A stretch of DNA of 32,000 nt from Moraxella nasicaprae (GCF_025643275.1 NZ_CP089977.1:270001-302000); one strand, 5' to 3'. Shown: positions 16,305 through 27,123, numbered from the stretch's first letter. Made by a program: numbers and translations. The notes: a model not told the origin generated them from the sequence alone.

Positions 16305-16472
16305 ATGACTATGACCATCGCTCGCTATTTTAGCAACCGTGATAGTGTTCGTTTGCCAACACTATACTCTCAAAATCTATTTGCGATGACCAAGGAAGTA
16401 AGAATTGAACACCAAGGGGAGGAGTATCGCCTTCGCCTAACTCGCAACAATCGCTTGATTTTAACCAAGTGA
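16305..16472 (+). CDS. hemP: hemin uptake protein HemP/HmuP family (55 aa, absent from the ORF track)
   Basis: GAAGGAAAA ribosome-binding site 6 nt upstream. The product MTMTIARYFSNRDSVRLPTLYSQNLFAMTKEVRIEHQGEEYRLRLTRNNRLILTK carries the family C-terminal signature (..I.H.G..Y.LR.T...KLILTK). Confidence 0.8.
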   Translation: MTMTIARYFSNRDSVRLPTLYSQNLFAMTKEVRIEHQGEEYRLRLTRNNRLILTK

Positions 16473-16504
16473 TTCATGGATTTTATCTCTTAATTTCTCC
16501 AAAG

Positions 16505-16541
16505 CCAAAAAGCACCGTCATCATCTGGCGGTGCTTTTTGG
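16505..16541. terminator. bidirectional terminator between hemP and tamB
   Basis: CCAAAAAGCACCG (16505-16517) pairs with CGGTGCTTTTTGG (16529-16541): a 13-bp perfect stem with A/T runs on both sides. Confidence 0.8.
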
Positions 16542-16577
16542 TATCGATAAAACAAGCCTGACATCATCAATGAAAGA

Positions 16578-19500
16578 TTAAAACTTCCAGCGATAGATGA
16601 CATCAACCAAATTTTCGGTCGCACTGGTTGCCTCGATGAACACTCGGCGAGTCAGTTGATAACGCATCGACAGTGATGATTCAGCATTAAACACCCCAAT
16701 GCCATAGCGAATGTACAAATCAGGTGTGATATAGCCTGTCACATTCACATTGGTGTCAGAAGCACTGCCTGATGCGTCAAGTGTCAAACTTTGTAGTCCC
16801 AATGCTTGTCCAATCTGATTGGTCAAATTGCGAGTGCCTGACAAGCCAAAACTTAGCCCTGCTGCTGCCAACTGATTGGTGACCTGTGAGCGAAAACCCT
16901 GCTCGGTAATCTGAGCGTCTGCTGACTGGCTTAATCGACCCGTCACCAAGGCATTCATTGCTTGCTGCTCAGTCAATCCTGCGTCATTAAATACCGTAAT
17001 CACAGGGCTAGATGCCGTACCACGAATACGCACCCCAATGGTCTGACCTTCGATTTGTTTTTCGCCCTCGATGGATAATTGTGGGTTGAGCAAATCTCGA
17101 TTGAAGCGAATTTGAGCATAATTTAGCTCCAAATTCTGACCAATACCATCAATCTTGGTGCGTTCTGATACCTGAACAACACCACGAGCTTGCATCACGC
17201 CACGCCCCACTTGGGTTAGATGCAATGCACCTGCCAATGGTAATTTTGCCCCAAAACCACGAAATTCCACCTGATTGCCCAAATCAACACCGATATTGGC
17301 GTTAATACTCCAAGGCTCAACCACCGCCAAAATCTTATCCACATTGCCACCCAAACGACGGTCAAGTACCGATACATCTTCGGATTCGCCAACAATCTGA
17401 GCGGTTGTCTCAGGCGGACGCAAAATCGCCTGTGGAATACTGACCACGCCCTGAATATCCACATATTTTTGCATTGGACGGACAATAATTTCAAAATCAG
17501 GGTTGATTTTTGCAGTAACGATTGGCAGCTTATTAACTTCCAGCTCCTGACCTGTGATACTCATTTTTGCCTGAATGTCTTTTTGCCAATCAAGCTCGCC
17601 AGTCAGCACACCCCGACCTTGTCCAGCATCAAATTCGCCTGACAATAAGGCGTGATTGCCATCAATTTGGGCAGCTGCTTGGATATTTTGTAATGCCATC
17701 GGCACGCCTGCAATCGCCAAAGCACCATCTGACAAATTTGCCTGACCATGAAATAACGGCTGTCTGAGCGTACCGCCTAATTTACCAGCAACATCAATTT
17801 TGCCCGTCAAAGTTTGCAGACTTGGGAAAAATGGACGCAATACCGCCAAATTCATCTGACTAAGCATCAAATCGCCTGTGATTGGCTTGCTGTCCTGATA
17901 AGGATTTAGCGTGATGTCTGCATAACCAACCCCTGCCACACCCGCCACATCGGTATGAATCTGCAACCCAGCAGGCACGCTTTTGGCAAAAAATGACACT
18001 TGCTTATAAGGCATCTCCACATAGCCTGTATCATCTTGATTTAGCCCAATCCGTCCATCATCAGAATACAGCACCGCATCTACCGTAGGAGTTTTGCCTT
18101 GTTGCCATTGCACTTTGGCACGACCATTAAGCAATGAATACCACTGAATATCGCCAGGCAGTGCTGCCGAAAAAATCTGCGTATCTAGATTTTGGACGAC
18201 CAGATTGACATTACCCTGATTTGGCGACAGCACCAAAGTGTCTTGTAGGCATAGTACGCCTTGACCATCATAGATATTTTTGCCAGTCTGCCAACAATGT
18301 GCAGCAAGCTGGACGCTATTATCATTAAGCCCATACGAAAACTCGGTCGGTTGTTTTTGGGCAAGCACACCAAACTTGCTTGATACACGACTATCTCTTA
18401 GTACACCACTGTATCGCATGGTTTTTTGGTGGAATGAACCTTGAACGGTGGTTTGTGCCTCAATGTCGGCATTTTTTGTGCTGGCGGTCAAAATATGATT
18501 ATCCTGCGTACCTGCAAAGTCAATACGAGCTGACTTGATGACCTTGCCCATCACAATGATGTCACTGCCCTGCACCAACAACTGACTGACTTCATTGCCC
18601 AAATTGACAATTTTGCCAATCGCCTGAGCCTCTTGAACAACCAAACTTGGTGTACGAATCTGTGACAAATTCATGTCCACATACAAGGTTGGTAGTGCTT
18701 GACCGTCATTGATGATAATCAGACCACCTTGAATCACACCACGAGTTTTGTCAATAATCTGACCCAAATCAGTGATGTTAATGCTGGTGATGATTTGCTC
18801 ATCATTGCCATGCATTTTTAGCTGATTATCGCCCAGCTTGATGTGCAGATTATCCGCTCGAATCGTATGAATGATGCTTTGTATCTGACGAGCATTGCGA
18901 TCAAGCTGTCCACGCAACGCCAAAATGCCTTGTCTGGTATTGGCTTTGCTGGCGGATTTTTTTAGATTATCTAAATAAGCATTGATGTCTTTTGGTAACG
19001 ACAGCTCGGCAATGAACAGCCCCTTTGCTGACATGGGCTGACCATTAAGCATACCCTGAATGTCCATCTTATCGATGATGATTTTTTGGTTATGCTCCTG
19101 CCAATGTCCACGACTATTTAGTACACCTGTTAATTGACTGTTTAAATTTTTAACAAATTTACCTGCATTAAATCCTGCCAATCGAGCCTGAATATCCCAA
19201 GCAACACCTTTGGATACATCTACCCAGCCTGACACCTGCAAATCACCTGCCACGCCTGTATGCTCAATTTTATCAATCACAAAATGATTATTTTTGCCTG
19301 TTGCGGTCAGTTTTAATTTACCCTCTGGTAGATTTTTATTGATGACATTGCCATCAAAATCAACGGATAGCTCGCTGATTTTATCCTGATAAAAACTACC
19401 TCGACTGCTGACATTGCCCGACACGACGGCAAGCAGGTGTTCATCATCAATGAACTTAGCGGTATTAAATTGATTGAGTGCCGCCTTAATATCCCAAGAA

Positions 19501-21791
19501 ATCTCCCCCTTGGCATCAAGACTGGCTACACCCACAGTCTGTGCCGAAGCTGGTGAATGTATATCGCTGGCATCAAGATTAAATCGTGCTGACGCTGACT
19601 GCAATTTTTCGTTGCGATATACACCCGTACTCATGACATCGCCAGACATCAGCACTGCAAAACGCTGGTCATCAAGCAGTTTACTTGTGTTAAATTTATG
19701 AAGTTTTGCTTTAATATTCCAACCAATGCCATCTGTCAAATCCAGCTCACCTGTGGCTTGAATATCTCCATGCTTGCTGACCACATTACCCTGCTCAATG
19801 GTCAGTTTGGATAGATTACCGCTGGCACGAATGTCTAGGTTTGCCGTATCAAGCTGCGGGAACATGGACTGCTGTGTTTGACCTACAAAACTGGCAGAAA
19901 AATGCTGCAACTCATTGTTTTTTAGATGAAGGGTTGCCTCTGACTTACCCGCAATATGCACACTATGCCATTCATTATTTTGCTTGATGCGTGCAGATAA
20001 ATCGCCATCACTTAGCTGCACTTCATGCACCATCACGCCTTTATCTTCACGCATTCTGCCTGTAGCAACCAGACGACCTGTCAGTTGCTCAATCGGTGTT
20101 TTATCATCGCCCAGATAAGCATTGGGCAGTAGTTTTTTGGTGTGCAGATTTGCTCGCCAAGTCAAAGGCTGATGCGTGGTGGCAAAATCAATCGAAGCCA
20201 CGCCAGTCAAATCGCCCATCACCCCTTGATAATCAAGGTCTGTAATGTGAATGCGTTCGCCCTTATCAATGTTGGCGGTGAGTTGATAATGACCTTTTGG
20301 AGCGGCATGAAGCTCATCAATATCAGCCGTTGCTTGAATGTGAGTTTTGCCCTCTTCTAGGCGGATACTGACATTGCCAGCACGACTGTCAATCACATCA
20401 AGCTGTGGCACATGATGTCGTTTTAGATGTTGCCAATCGGCTTGGATTCGCCAAGGAGCATTGGCTTGATTTTGCTGCTGTGCCAAAGTTGCATTGATAT
20501 GCTCGCCATCTTTTTGACGAAGTTTAAATTCAAACTTGGTATCGCCTGCTTTATTAAGCAGTTCGTAACGCATACTAAGGCTGCCGTCCAGATATTCGGG
20601 CAAATAAGCCTGATAATCGGCATACTCTGCTGGCATGACTTGGCGGATTTTAAATTTATCGCCTGTAATGTGTGCATCAAGCTCAAACTCATCAGACCAT
20701 TGCATCTTGCCGTTGGCGGTCAGAACACCGCTTGGCGTGTGTGCCTGCAAAAATGGAATATCCATACCGCCATCACGCACGATACCACGACCACGATAAC
20801 GACCCTGAGGAATATCCTTGCCCACAAGGTCAGTATCAATGCGAAGCTCAATGTCAGACACCACGCCATCGGCGATGATTTTACCCTTGCTAAGCGTGAT
20901 GTGCTGTTCTTCGGCGTACGGCAAAACCACTTTGTCAAAATCAAGACTTGCGTGAAATGGCGAACCTTCGTCCAAACCCTGAGCCACAAATTCGCCCGCC
21001 ACTTCATAGCCATTATAACGGCTAGCCACCTTACCCACAGTACGTTTTAGCGTACCGTCTGCCTTGACGGACAATCTGTCAAAATAGACTTTTTCTAATG
21101 CTAAAATATTGATGTCTGCATCTAGTTTTAGGGGATAATCTCCCGACAAATCAATCCAACCATTCGCTTGGCGAACATCTAGCACATCGCCATAATCAAG
21201 TTGAGTATCGCTGACTTGAACCTTAGAATCCGTCCAAGTTACTTTTTCGCCTTGAATGTTGTGCATTTCAAAAGGCGTACCGTCTTTTTGGGTATAATAA
21301 AGGTGCTTAATACTGACATTGTCTAGATATAGACTGACAGGTGTGGCGATGGTCGCATAATCAAACGGCTCGCCTGTGGGGGCTTTTTTATTATGGATTT
21401 TGATGGTGTTGATTTGTGGATTGACCAAATGCACCTGACGAGAAAAAATCGCTCGCCAGCCAAGCTGAACATACGCCTTATCCACATGAACCGTGATGTC
21501 TTCGCCAGCATCAATATCAATATCACTGACCCAGACACCATCTCGCAGATTGCCCTGCTGATAGTTTAGATGAATGCCCGTTTCGCTGACAATTTTGTCT
21601 AACAAAAATTGCGAACCACGCTGTGTGCCTGCCATATAAAATAGTAGCGACACCAACAAAATCATCGCCACCAATGCCGTCACCAGCAGACGAATCAAAT
21701 AAATGAACCATTTAGGCTTATTTTGGGTAGGCGACGCCACATCCGTCTGGTGATGAGTCTGATGAGAATCTTGCCTAGCCATAACAATCAA
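16578..21791 (-). CDS. tamB: translocation and assembly module protein TamB (unusually long, 1737 aa)
   Basis: N-terminal signal-anchor (WFIYLIRLLVTALVAMILLVSLLFY) and a long beta-rich body. The DUF490-type C-terminus ends ..YITPDLYIRYGIGVF..RYQLTRRVFIEATS..VIYRWKF. It lies 110 nt downstream of tamA. Confidence 0.9.
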   Translation of the reverse strand: MIVMARQDSHQTHHQTDVASPTQNKPKWFIYLIRLLVTALVAMILLVSLLFYMAGTQRGSQFLLDKIVSETGIHLNYQQGNLRDGVWVSDIDIDAGEDITVHVDKAYVQLGWRAIFSRQVHLVNPQINTIKIHNKKAPTGEPFDYATIATPVSLYLDNVSIKHLYYTQKDGTPFEMHNIQGEKVTWTDSKVQVSDTQLDYGDVLDVRQANGWIDLSGDYPLKLDADINILALEKVYFDRLSVKADGTLKRTVGKVASRYNGYEVAGEFVAQGLDEGSPFHASLDFDKVVLPYAEEQHITLSKGKIIADGVVSDIELRIDTDLVGKDIPQGRYRGRGIVRDGGMDIPFLQAHTPSGVLTANGKMQWSDEFELDAHITGDKFKIRQVMPAEYADYQAYLPEYLDGSLSMRYELLNKAGDTKFEFKLRQKDGEHINATLAQQQNQANAPWRIQADWQHLKRHHVPQLDVIDSRAGNVSIRLEEGKTHIQATADIDELHAAPKGHYQLTANIDKGERIHITDLDYQGVMGDLTGVASIDFATTHQPLTWRANLHTKKLLPNAYLGDDKTPIEQLTGRLVATGRMREDKGVMVHEVQLSDGDLSARIKQNNEWHSVHIAGKSEATLHLKNNELQHFSASFVGQTQQSMFPQLDTANLDIRASGNLSKLTIEQGNVVSKHGDIQATGELDLTDGIGWNIKAKLHKFNTSKLLDDQRFAVLMSGDVMSTGVYRNEKLQSASARFNLDASDIHSPASAQTVGVASLDAKGEISWDIKAALNQFNTAKFIDDEHLLAVVSGNVSSRGSFYQDKISELSVDFDGNVINKNLPEGKLKLTATGKNNHFVIDKIEHTGVAGDLQVSGWVDVSKGVAWDIQARLAGFNAGKFVKNLNSQLTGVLNSRGHWQEHNQKIIIDKMDIQGMLNGQPMSAKGLFIAELSLPKDINAYLDNLKKSASKANTRQGILALRGQLDRNARQIQSIIHTIRADNLHIKLGDNQLKMHGNDEQIITSINITDLGQIIDKTRGVIQGGLIIINDGQALPTLYVDMNLSQIRTPSLVVQEAQAIGKIVNLGNEVSQLLVQGSDIIVMGKVIKSARIDFAGTQDNHILTASTKNADIEAQTTVQGSFHQKTMRYSGVLRDSRVSSKFGVLAQKQPTEFSYGLNDNSVQLAAHCWQTGKNIYDGQGVLCLQDTLVLSPNQGNVNLVVQNLDTQIFSAALPGDIQWYSLLNGRAKVQWQQGKTPTVDAVLYSDDGRIGLNQDDTGYVEMPYKQVSFFAKSVPAGLQIHTDVAGVAGVGYADITLNPYQDSKPITGDLMLSQMNLAVLRPFFPSLQTLTGKIDVAGKLGGTLRQPLFHGQANLSDGALAIAGVPMALQNIQAAAQIDGNHALLSGEFDAGQGRGVLTGELDWQKDIQAKMSITGQELEVNKLPIVTAKINPDFEIIVRPMQKYVDIQGVVSIPQAILRPPETTAQIVGESEDVSVLDRRLGGNVDKILAVVEPWSINANIGVDLGNQVEFRGFGAKLPLAGALHLTQVGRGVMQARGVVQVSERTKIDGIGQNLELNYAQIRFNRDLLNPQLSIEGEKQIEGQTIGVRIRGTASSPVITVFNDAGLTEQQAMNALVTGRLSQSADAQITEQGFRSQVTNQLAAAGLSFGLSGTRNLTNQIGQALGLQSLTLDASGSASDTNVNVTGYITPDLYIRYGIGVFNAESSLSMRYQLTRRVFIEATSATENLVDVIYRWKF

Positions 21792-21901
21792 GCCTTTTTG
21801 TGAATAACATTAATTTTATTTTTTAAAATATCGACGGTGTATCTTTGGGTAATCAATCGTCCGTCATTAAAACACAAATAAGTGCATTTATCAAAACTTT
21901 T

Positions 21902-24601
21902 TTAGAATGGTGTACCAATAAAAAAGTGCAACTTAATCTGCGTGTCTTGTTCTTTTAAGCCTGTGGCAACATCGACACGCACCTGCCCCACAGGAGATGC
22001 CCAGCGAATGCCCACGCCTGCACCCACTTTGGTTGGCGTGCTAAACTTCTTGTCATAAGCACCGCCCACATCGCCAAAGACCGCCAAGCGAAAATCCTTC
22101 ATCAATTCATAATTGTACTCGACACTACCCACCGCCAATGCCTGACCACCTGTCAAGTAACCTTTATCAGATACAGGCGATAGACTGCCGTGATTATAGC
22201 CTCGCACGCTTTGGTCGCCTCCTGCAAAAAATCTCAGCTTATAAGGCACGGCATCAAAATCATTCGTCCAAATATAGCCTCCTTGCAAGCCAGCCACGAC
22301 CTGATGAGCCCTATCCTTGCCGTAGGCATTATCCCCAAAACTATACACACCGCTCACACCTGCTTGAACGATGGCCATATCTGCATCACTGATGAGTTCT
22401 TTACTACCCACTTCCAAAGAATAATTTTGGCGATAGCCACGCAATGGATTGACCAAGTCATCAGCAACAGTCTTATGTAATGCAAATCCTGCCAATAAAG
22501 CCTCTTGGGTTGGCTTGCCATCTCGAAAATTGACGGGCAAATCCTGCCAAGTTGATGGGTCTGCTTTGGTTTCTAGCTCATCTAAGCGATAACGCAATGA
22601 ATAACTGCGATTCCAGCCATTTTTATTGATGATATTACGACCAATGCCTTGTTCTAGCGTTCTGGTTGTCAGGTCAAATCCATTGGTTGATTTACCCACC
22701 ACCTCCTCAAAATAGCTGAGACTGGCTTGCAATTTGTCATTGATGGGGTGACTAAGTGGTCTGCTGGCATACAGCTTAATACCTTTTTTATCTTCGGATA
22801 AGCGTACCTCTGCACCTGCCTGATAGCCATTGCGATTGATGAGATTATGTTCAAACTTGGTAATCAAGCGTGTGCCACTGTCCGACCCCCAACCCAGACC
22901 AATATGAGCATCACGAGGCTTATCAGACATCACAAAAATGTACAAAGGAACTTTTTTGTCCTCATAGACCGCTTGGGCGGTTTTTTTGCCAGCCAGTTCA
23001 GGCTTACTAACCCCTTCTGGCAAATCCAGCACATCTTTACTCTCATCTGGCAAGATGACTTTGGCAACATGCTTGATGGCATCACTGACCTTACCAAGTA
23101 GTGAGGTTGATTGATTTTGTGTCTGGTCAATCGGTAGCAGTCTATCATCAGGCAAATCATATAATCGCTGTGCTTTTTGGGCAACCAGATTGAGTTTGTC
23201 TTTGATGACCTCAGAAGCACTAAACTCAATCGGAGCAATGTCGGCCGTGATACCATCGCCCAGCTCAACCATCTGTGTTACGCTCTCTTTGGGCTTGTTG
23301 CTTTCATCAAATTCCACGCCTGCCACAGGATTTTTTTGAGGATAAATCGTCTCGGTATTAACGGCATTAAAATAGCCTGTCGCCAACAAACTGTTGGATA
23401 ATTCTCGTACCGCCTGTCGATTATAAGCATCGCCCAGTTGAAAATTTAATAATTTTTTCAATAGTTTTGGCTTTACAGGCAACTTATCAGGGTCGGTGGT
23501 CAGCATACCCGTATCAGGGTCAATGGTAAAAAACACCACTTCATCAAACTGATATTGCACCCCTGTGTCATAAATCAAACTGACATCAGCAATATTGTCT
23601 GGCAAAACCACATCGACTGATTTGTTCAACCATTTTCCGTCCAAAAAACCCTGCTCACCACTGATGGTTTCGATGGCGGACTTACTGGCTTCATACTTGC
23701 CATGATGAAATACATCGCCTGCTTGTAAAACATTAGAATTAACCACAGCTTGATAATCGGCATTATTCTGCCCATCGCCACGCACTTCCAAGACACGGTT
23801 ATCTACCTTGACAGGGTCGCCAAGCTGATGAATGATAAGATTGACTTCGCCTGCTTTTTGTTTTTGTAAACTAAAATCCACCGAATAATAACCCACTGCA
23901 CGAGCAGCCGCCTGCACCGCTTGACGCATTCTGGGTAATGAACCATTAAAGTCAGTTACTGATTCTTGGGTGATGTCCTCCAAAGCGGCTTTCATGTTAG
24001 CGTATGGCTCTTGCATCAAAGTTTTGCGACTGATTTCTACCAGCTCATCGCCTTGTTGCTGACTGGCATGATAAAGACGGGCTTTTAGGCGTGGAACTTT
24101 GGCAACACCGTCATTAAACAAACGATTATACAGACGGCGAATCGCTCCATCGGTCTTTGGGGCATCATGCGTGATGGCTGGGAATGTCGCCATTTCTGCC
24201 GCTTGTATATCCAGCAAATATTCAGCAGGATTTAGATTTTCTTTGTCCAACGGTTGCACGGACATCTCTTGGGCAAGCTCTGTATCCAAGCCAACAGGAA
24301 TCTTGTTTTCGTGCAAGCGTGAAATGATTTGCTCCTCAGGCAACCCATCTGTCTGTGTCTGCTCGCTACTTAAATCACTAAGCAAACGCTGCTCCAAATT
24401 GATGGCATTTCTGGCAGCGGTCAGATGTGCCTCAATCTGCTGAGGTGTTAATAACGCAATGTCATTATTTTGAACCGACTGGTCGGTTTTATTTGGCTCA
24501 GTTTTGTTCTGGGCGGTGGCGGTAGAAATCAAAACCGCCGAACACGCCAGCCATAAAGACGAACGCTTAAATGCTGGGCGTAGCATTTTTTTGAATTTCA
24601 T
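21902..24601 (-). CDS. tamA: Omp85-family outer-membrane protein TamA (unusually long, ~899 aa)
   Basis: Signal peptide MKFKKMLRPAFKRSSLWLACSAVLISTATA, a POTRA-like region, and a C-terminal beta-barrel ending ..IKLHFFIGTPF. Directly upstream of tamB. The ORF-track start is 24631. Confidence 0.85.
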   Translation of the reverse strand: MKFKKMLRPAFKRSSLWLACSAVLISTATAQNKTEPNKTDQSVQNNDIALLTPQQIEAHLTAARNAINLEQRLLSDLSSEQTQTDGLPEEQIISRLHENKIPVGLDTELAQEMSVQPLDKENLNPAEYLLDIQAAEMATFPAITHDAPKTDGAIRRLYNRLFNDGVAKVPRLKARLYHASQQQGDELVEISRKTLMQEPYANMKAALEDITQESVTDFNGSLPRMRQAVQAAARAVGYYSVDFSLQKQKAGEVNLIIHQLGDPVKVDNRVLEVRGDGQNNADYQAVVNSNVLQAGDVFHHGKYEASKSAIETISGEQGFLDGKWLNKSVDVVLPDNIADVSLIYDTGVQYQFDEVVFFTIDPDTGMLTTDPDKLPVKPKLLKKLLNFQLGDAYNRQAVRELSNSLLATGYFNAVNTETIYPQKNPVAGVEFDESNKPKESVTQMVELGDGITADIAPIEFSASEVIKDKLNLVAQKAQRLYDLPDDRLLPIDQTQNQSTSLLGKVSDAIKHVAKVILPDESKDVLDLPEGVSKPELAGKKTAQAVYEDKKVPLYIFVMSDKPRDAHIGLGWGSDSGTRLITKFEHNLINRNGYQAGAEVRLSEDKKGIKLYASRPLSHPINDKLQASLSYFEEVVGKSTNGFDLTTRTLEQGIGRNIINKNGWNRSYSLRYRLDELETKADPSTWQDLPVNFRDGKPTQEALLAGFALHKTVADDLVNPLRGYRQNYSLEVGSKELISDADMAIVQAGVSGVYSFGDNAYGKDRAHQVVAGLQGGYIWTNDFDAVPYKLRFFAGGDQSVRGYNHGSLSPVSDKGYLTGGQALAVGSVEYNYELMKDFRLAVFGDVGGAYDKKFSTPTKVGAGVGIRWASPVGQVRVDVATGLKEQDTQIKLHFFIGTPF

Positions 24602-24827
24602 AAGCACACCTGACCATCGTAATGCAAGCAAAGATACAATTTTTGCACAAAAAATAAAAAAACTTAAAAATAATACCTGTTATTATAGCAGACCCAAACG
24701 AAGTTTGATGACTTTTGTAAAAAATGTAACAAATTACACGCTCATCATTCAGTATGATAATAACCAACACTTTGTTTTTATTTAGACCATGACAGCCAAG
24801 CCATTGGCATTTTTATGATGATTTTTT

Positions 24828-26150
24828 ATGGCAAGCCAACTCTCCTTATTCAAAAAACCTGCATTTAGCTCCATGTTTTTTACCCAGCTATTTGGGGCAT
24901 TTAATGATAATATTTTTAAACAAGCACTTATTTTATTATTAACTTATTCAGCTGCTGCAAAACTTGACATGTCGGTCAGTCTGCTTAACAATCTGGCAGC
25001 AATGCTTTTTATTTTGCCGTATTTTTTATTTTCAGCATTGGCAGGACAGCTTGCAGATAAATACGAAAAATCTTGGCTAACTCGCCAGCTAAAACTGCTT
25101 GAAATCATCATCATGATTGTTGCCGCTGTTGGCTTTTTTTATGAGATTTATTGGCTACTGTTTGTGGCATTGTTTTTTATGGGGACGCAATCTACTTTCT
25201 TTGGCCCAATCAAATACGCCTATCTGCCAGAAGTGATGCACAAAGATGAACTGGTCGGTGCCAATGGTCTGTTTCAAAGCAGTACCAGCCTTGCGATTTT
25301 GGCAGGCATGATGTTGGCAGGTCTTTTGACCCAATTATACTTTGCTGAATACTGGCTGGCAGCGGTGACCATCATCGTGGCGTTATTTGGTTATTTGGCA
25401 GCCAGTGCCATTCCAAAAACCCAAAGCCACGCCAAAGACCTTGTCATTAACCATAACATCATCAGCACCAGCTGGGACATCATCAAGCACTTATACAGCT
25501 TACCTTTGCTATTTTTTATCATCATGGGTAATAGCTGGTATTGGTTTTATGGGGCGACTTTTTTGACCCAAACCCCAGAAGTCAGCAAAACCATCTTGCG
25601 TGGCGATGAGTCGGTGGTGATTTTTCTTTTAACTCTATTTTCGGTCGGTATCGCCATTGGCTCTGGTGTGTGTAAAATGTTCACCAAAAACCAAGTCAGC
25701 TTAAAACTTTTGCCCTTTGGCATTGCAGGTTTGACGATTTTTGCGGTTGCTCTTCATTACAGTTTGCTCCATGTACAAATACCAGCCAGTCAAATCGTCT
25801 ATGGCATATCAGAATTGATGACTTTTGATGGTGTGTCATCGGTCTTTATTTTACTGTTTTTGTTAGGATTTGCAGGCGGTATCTATATCGTACCACTCTA
25901 CACCTGCATGCAAGCCTATTCGCCCATCAGCCATCGCTCTCGCATTGTTGGGGCAAATAATATTTTTAATGCCTTATTTATGGTTGGCTCAGCGATATTT
26001 GCCATCGTGATTTTGACTGTCTTAAAGTTAAATTTGCCGCAACTGTTCTTGATTACAGGTATTCTTAATCTCATTCTTGGCGTGTTTTTTTACCATAAAC
26101 TCAAACAACACGAAAACAGTTTGCCCATCAATGAAGGCAGTAACTTGTGA
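24828..26150 (+). CDS. lplT: MFS transporter, lysophospholipid transporter LplT-like
   Basis: 12-TM MFS layout. The N-terminal motif ..QLFGAFNDNIFKQAL.. plus ..ALAGQLADKYEK.. and ..GPIKYAYLPE.. parallels E. coli LplT. Confidence 0.7.
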   Translation: MASQLSLFKKPAFSSMFFTQLFGAFNDNIFKQALILLLTYSAAAKLDMSVSLLNNLAAMLFILPYFLFSALAGQLADKYEKSWLTRQLKLLEIIIMIVAAVGFFYEIYWLLFVALFFMGTQSTFFGPIKYAYLPEVMHKDELVGANGLFQSSTSLAILAGMMLAGLLTQLYFAEYWLAAVTIIVALFGYLAASAIPKTQSHAKDLVINHNIISTSWDIIKHLYSLPLLFFIIMGNSWYWFYGATFLTQTPEVSKTILRGDESVVIFLLTLFSVGIAIGSGVCKMFTKNQVSLKLLPFGIAGLTIFAVALHYSLLHVQIPASQIVYGISELMTFDGVSSVFILLFLLGFAGGIYIVPLYTCMQAYSPISHRSRIVGANNIFNALFMVGSAIFAIVILTVLKLNLPQLFLITGILNLILGVFFYHKLKQHENSLPINEGSNL

Positions 26151-26293
26151 TGAAAGCTGGCAAGTATTACAATATTGCAACATTTTCATCATCACTTTGT
26201 ACAAAAAGATGACGATATTTTTTGGCAAATCTGTTATGATTTGACAAATTTTTTGGCACAATCATGTTAGTTGTATTTATTTAGGAATTTGTT

Positions 26294-27109
26294 ATGAAAA
26301 AATTGACCGCTTTGGCAGCATTGACCGCCATCATCAGCCAAGCTGCTTACGCCAATACCCATCAGTCGCCTGCCATGCGTGGCGAGCTTACCCAAGCCAT
26401 CGCACACCCAGCATCGGCAAACCTGCTTAGCACCAGCGTCAAAGGTCTGCCCGCACCAAGCGTATCAGTCAGTGAAGTCAAACACATTCCAACCGTACTC
26501 ATTCCAGCCGATGCCGCTGGTACAACGATGATTGATGTAACCTTGATTGATGAATTTTTGGACGATGTTGCTCCAAATGCACGCCACTATCCACCAAACT
26601 TCCCAAGCCGTACCGCAGAATACTTGACCAGCGAAAACATCAAGCATCTATCTGATTGGATTGAGCCTTATGCCACCGCCGCCAATGCGTCATTTGATGT
26701 GGTATTGCGTGCCGCCAAAATCAATGGCATGGCTCGCAACCTAAATGTTGGCGACAGCTACACTTTGCGTGCTGGCAAACACATGGAGCAAGCCATCAAG
26801 CTACAACCAAATCACGCCGAAGCCAATTTCCTATATGGCATGATGATTTCAGAAGCTGGTGGTTTTAAGGAAGGTCGTAAATATTTGGATAAAGCCACCT
26901 CGCTAGGCTATACCGAAGCTGAGCAAAGCATCGCCCAAGCTGACCTGCTGAGCGACAACAAAACCGCTGCCCTAAAACGCCTGCGTGATTTGGCAGCTAA
27001 GCACCCAAATAATGCCCAAATCGCTGAGCAGGTGCGTATCGTTGAAGATGGTGGTTTTTATATTTGGAACATCAAAGACAGCAATATCCAAGTCAAACCA
27101 ATCAAATAA
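26294..27109 (+). CDS. secreted TPR-like repeat protein of unknown function
   Basis: Signal peptide MKKLTALAALTAIISQAAYA. The C-terminal half has TPR-like helical repeats (..AIKLQPNHAEANFLYGMMISEAGGFKEGRKYLDKATSLGY..). Confidence 0.6.
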   Translation: MKKLTALAALTAIISQAAYANTHQSPAMRGELTQAIAHPASANLLSTSVKGLPAPSVSVSEVKHIPTVLIPADAAGTTMIDVTLIDEFLDDVAPNARHYPPNFPSRTAEYLTSENIKHLSDWIEPYATAANASFDVVLRAAKINGMARNLNVGDSYTLRAGKHMEQAIKLQPNHAEANFLYGMMISEAGGFKEGRKYLDKATSLGYTEAEQSIAQADLLSDNKTAALKRLRDLAAKHPNNAQIAEQVRIVEDGGFYIWNIKDSNIQVKPIK

Positions 27110-27123
27110 GTTCCAATTTATAC

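Noticed and set aside
20427-21050. 207-aa plus-strand ORF antisense to tamB
   Set aside because: It lies wholly inside the well-supported tamB coding region. The translation is C/H/I/F-rich nonsense-like with no start context. This is a typical shadow ORF of a long gene.
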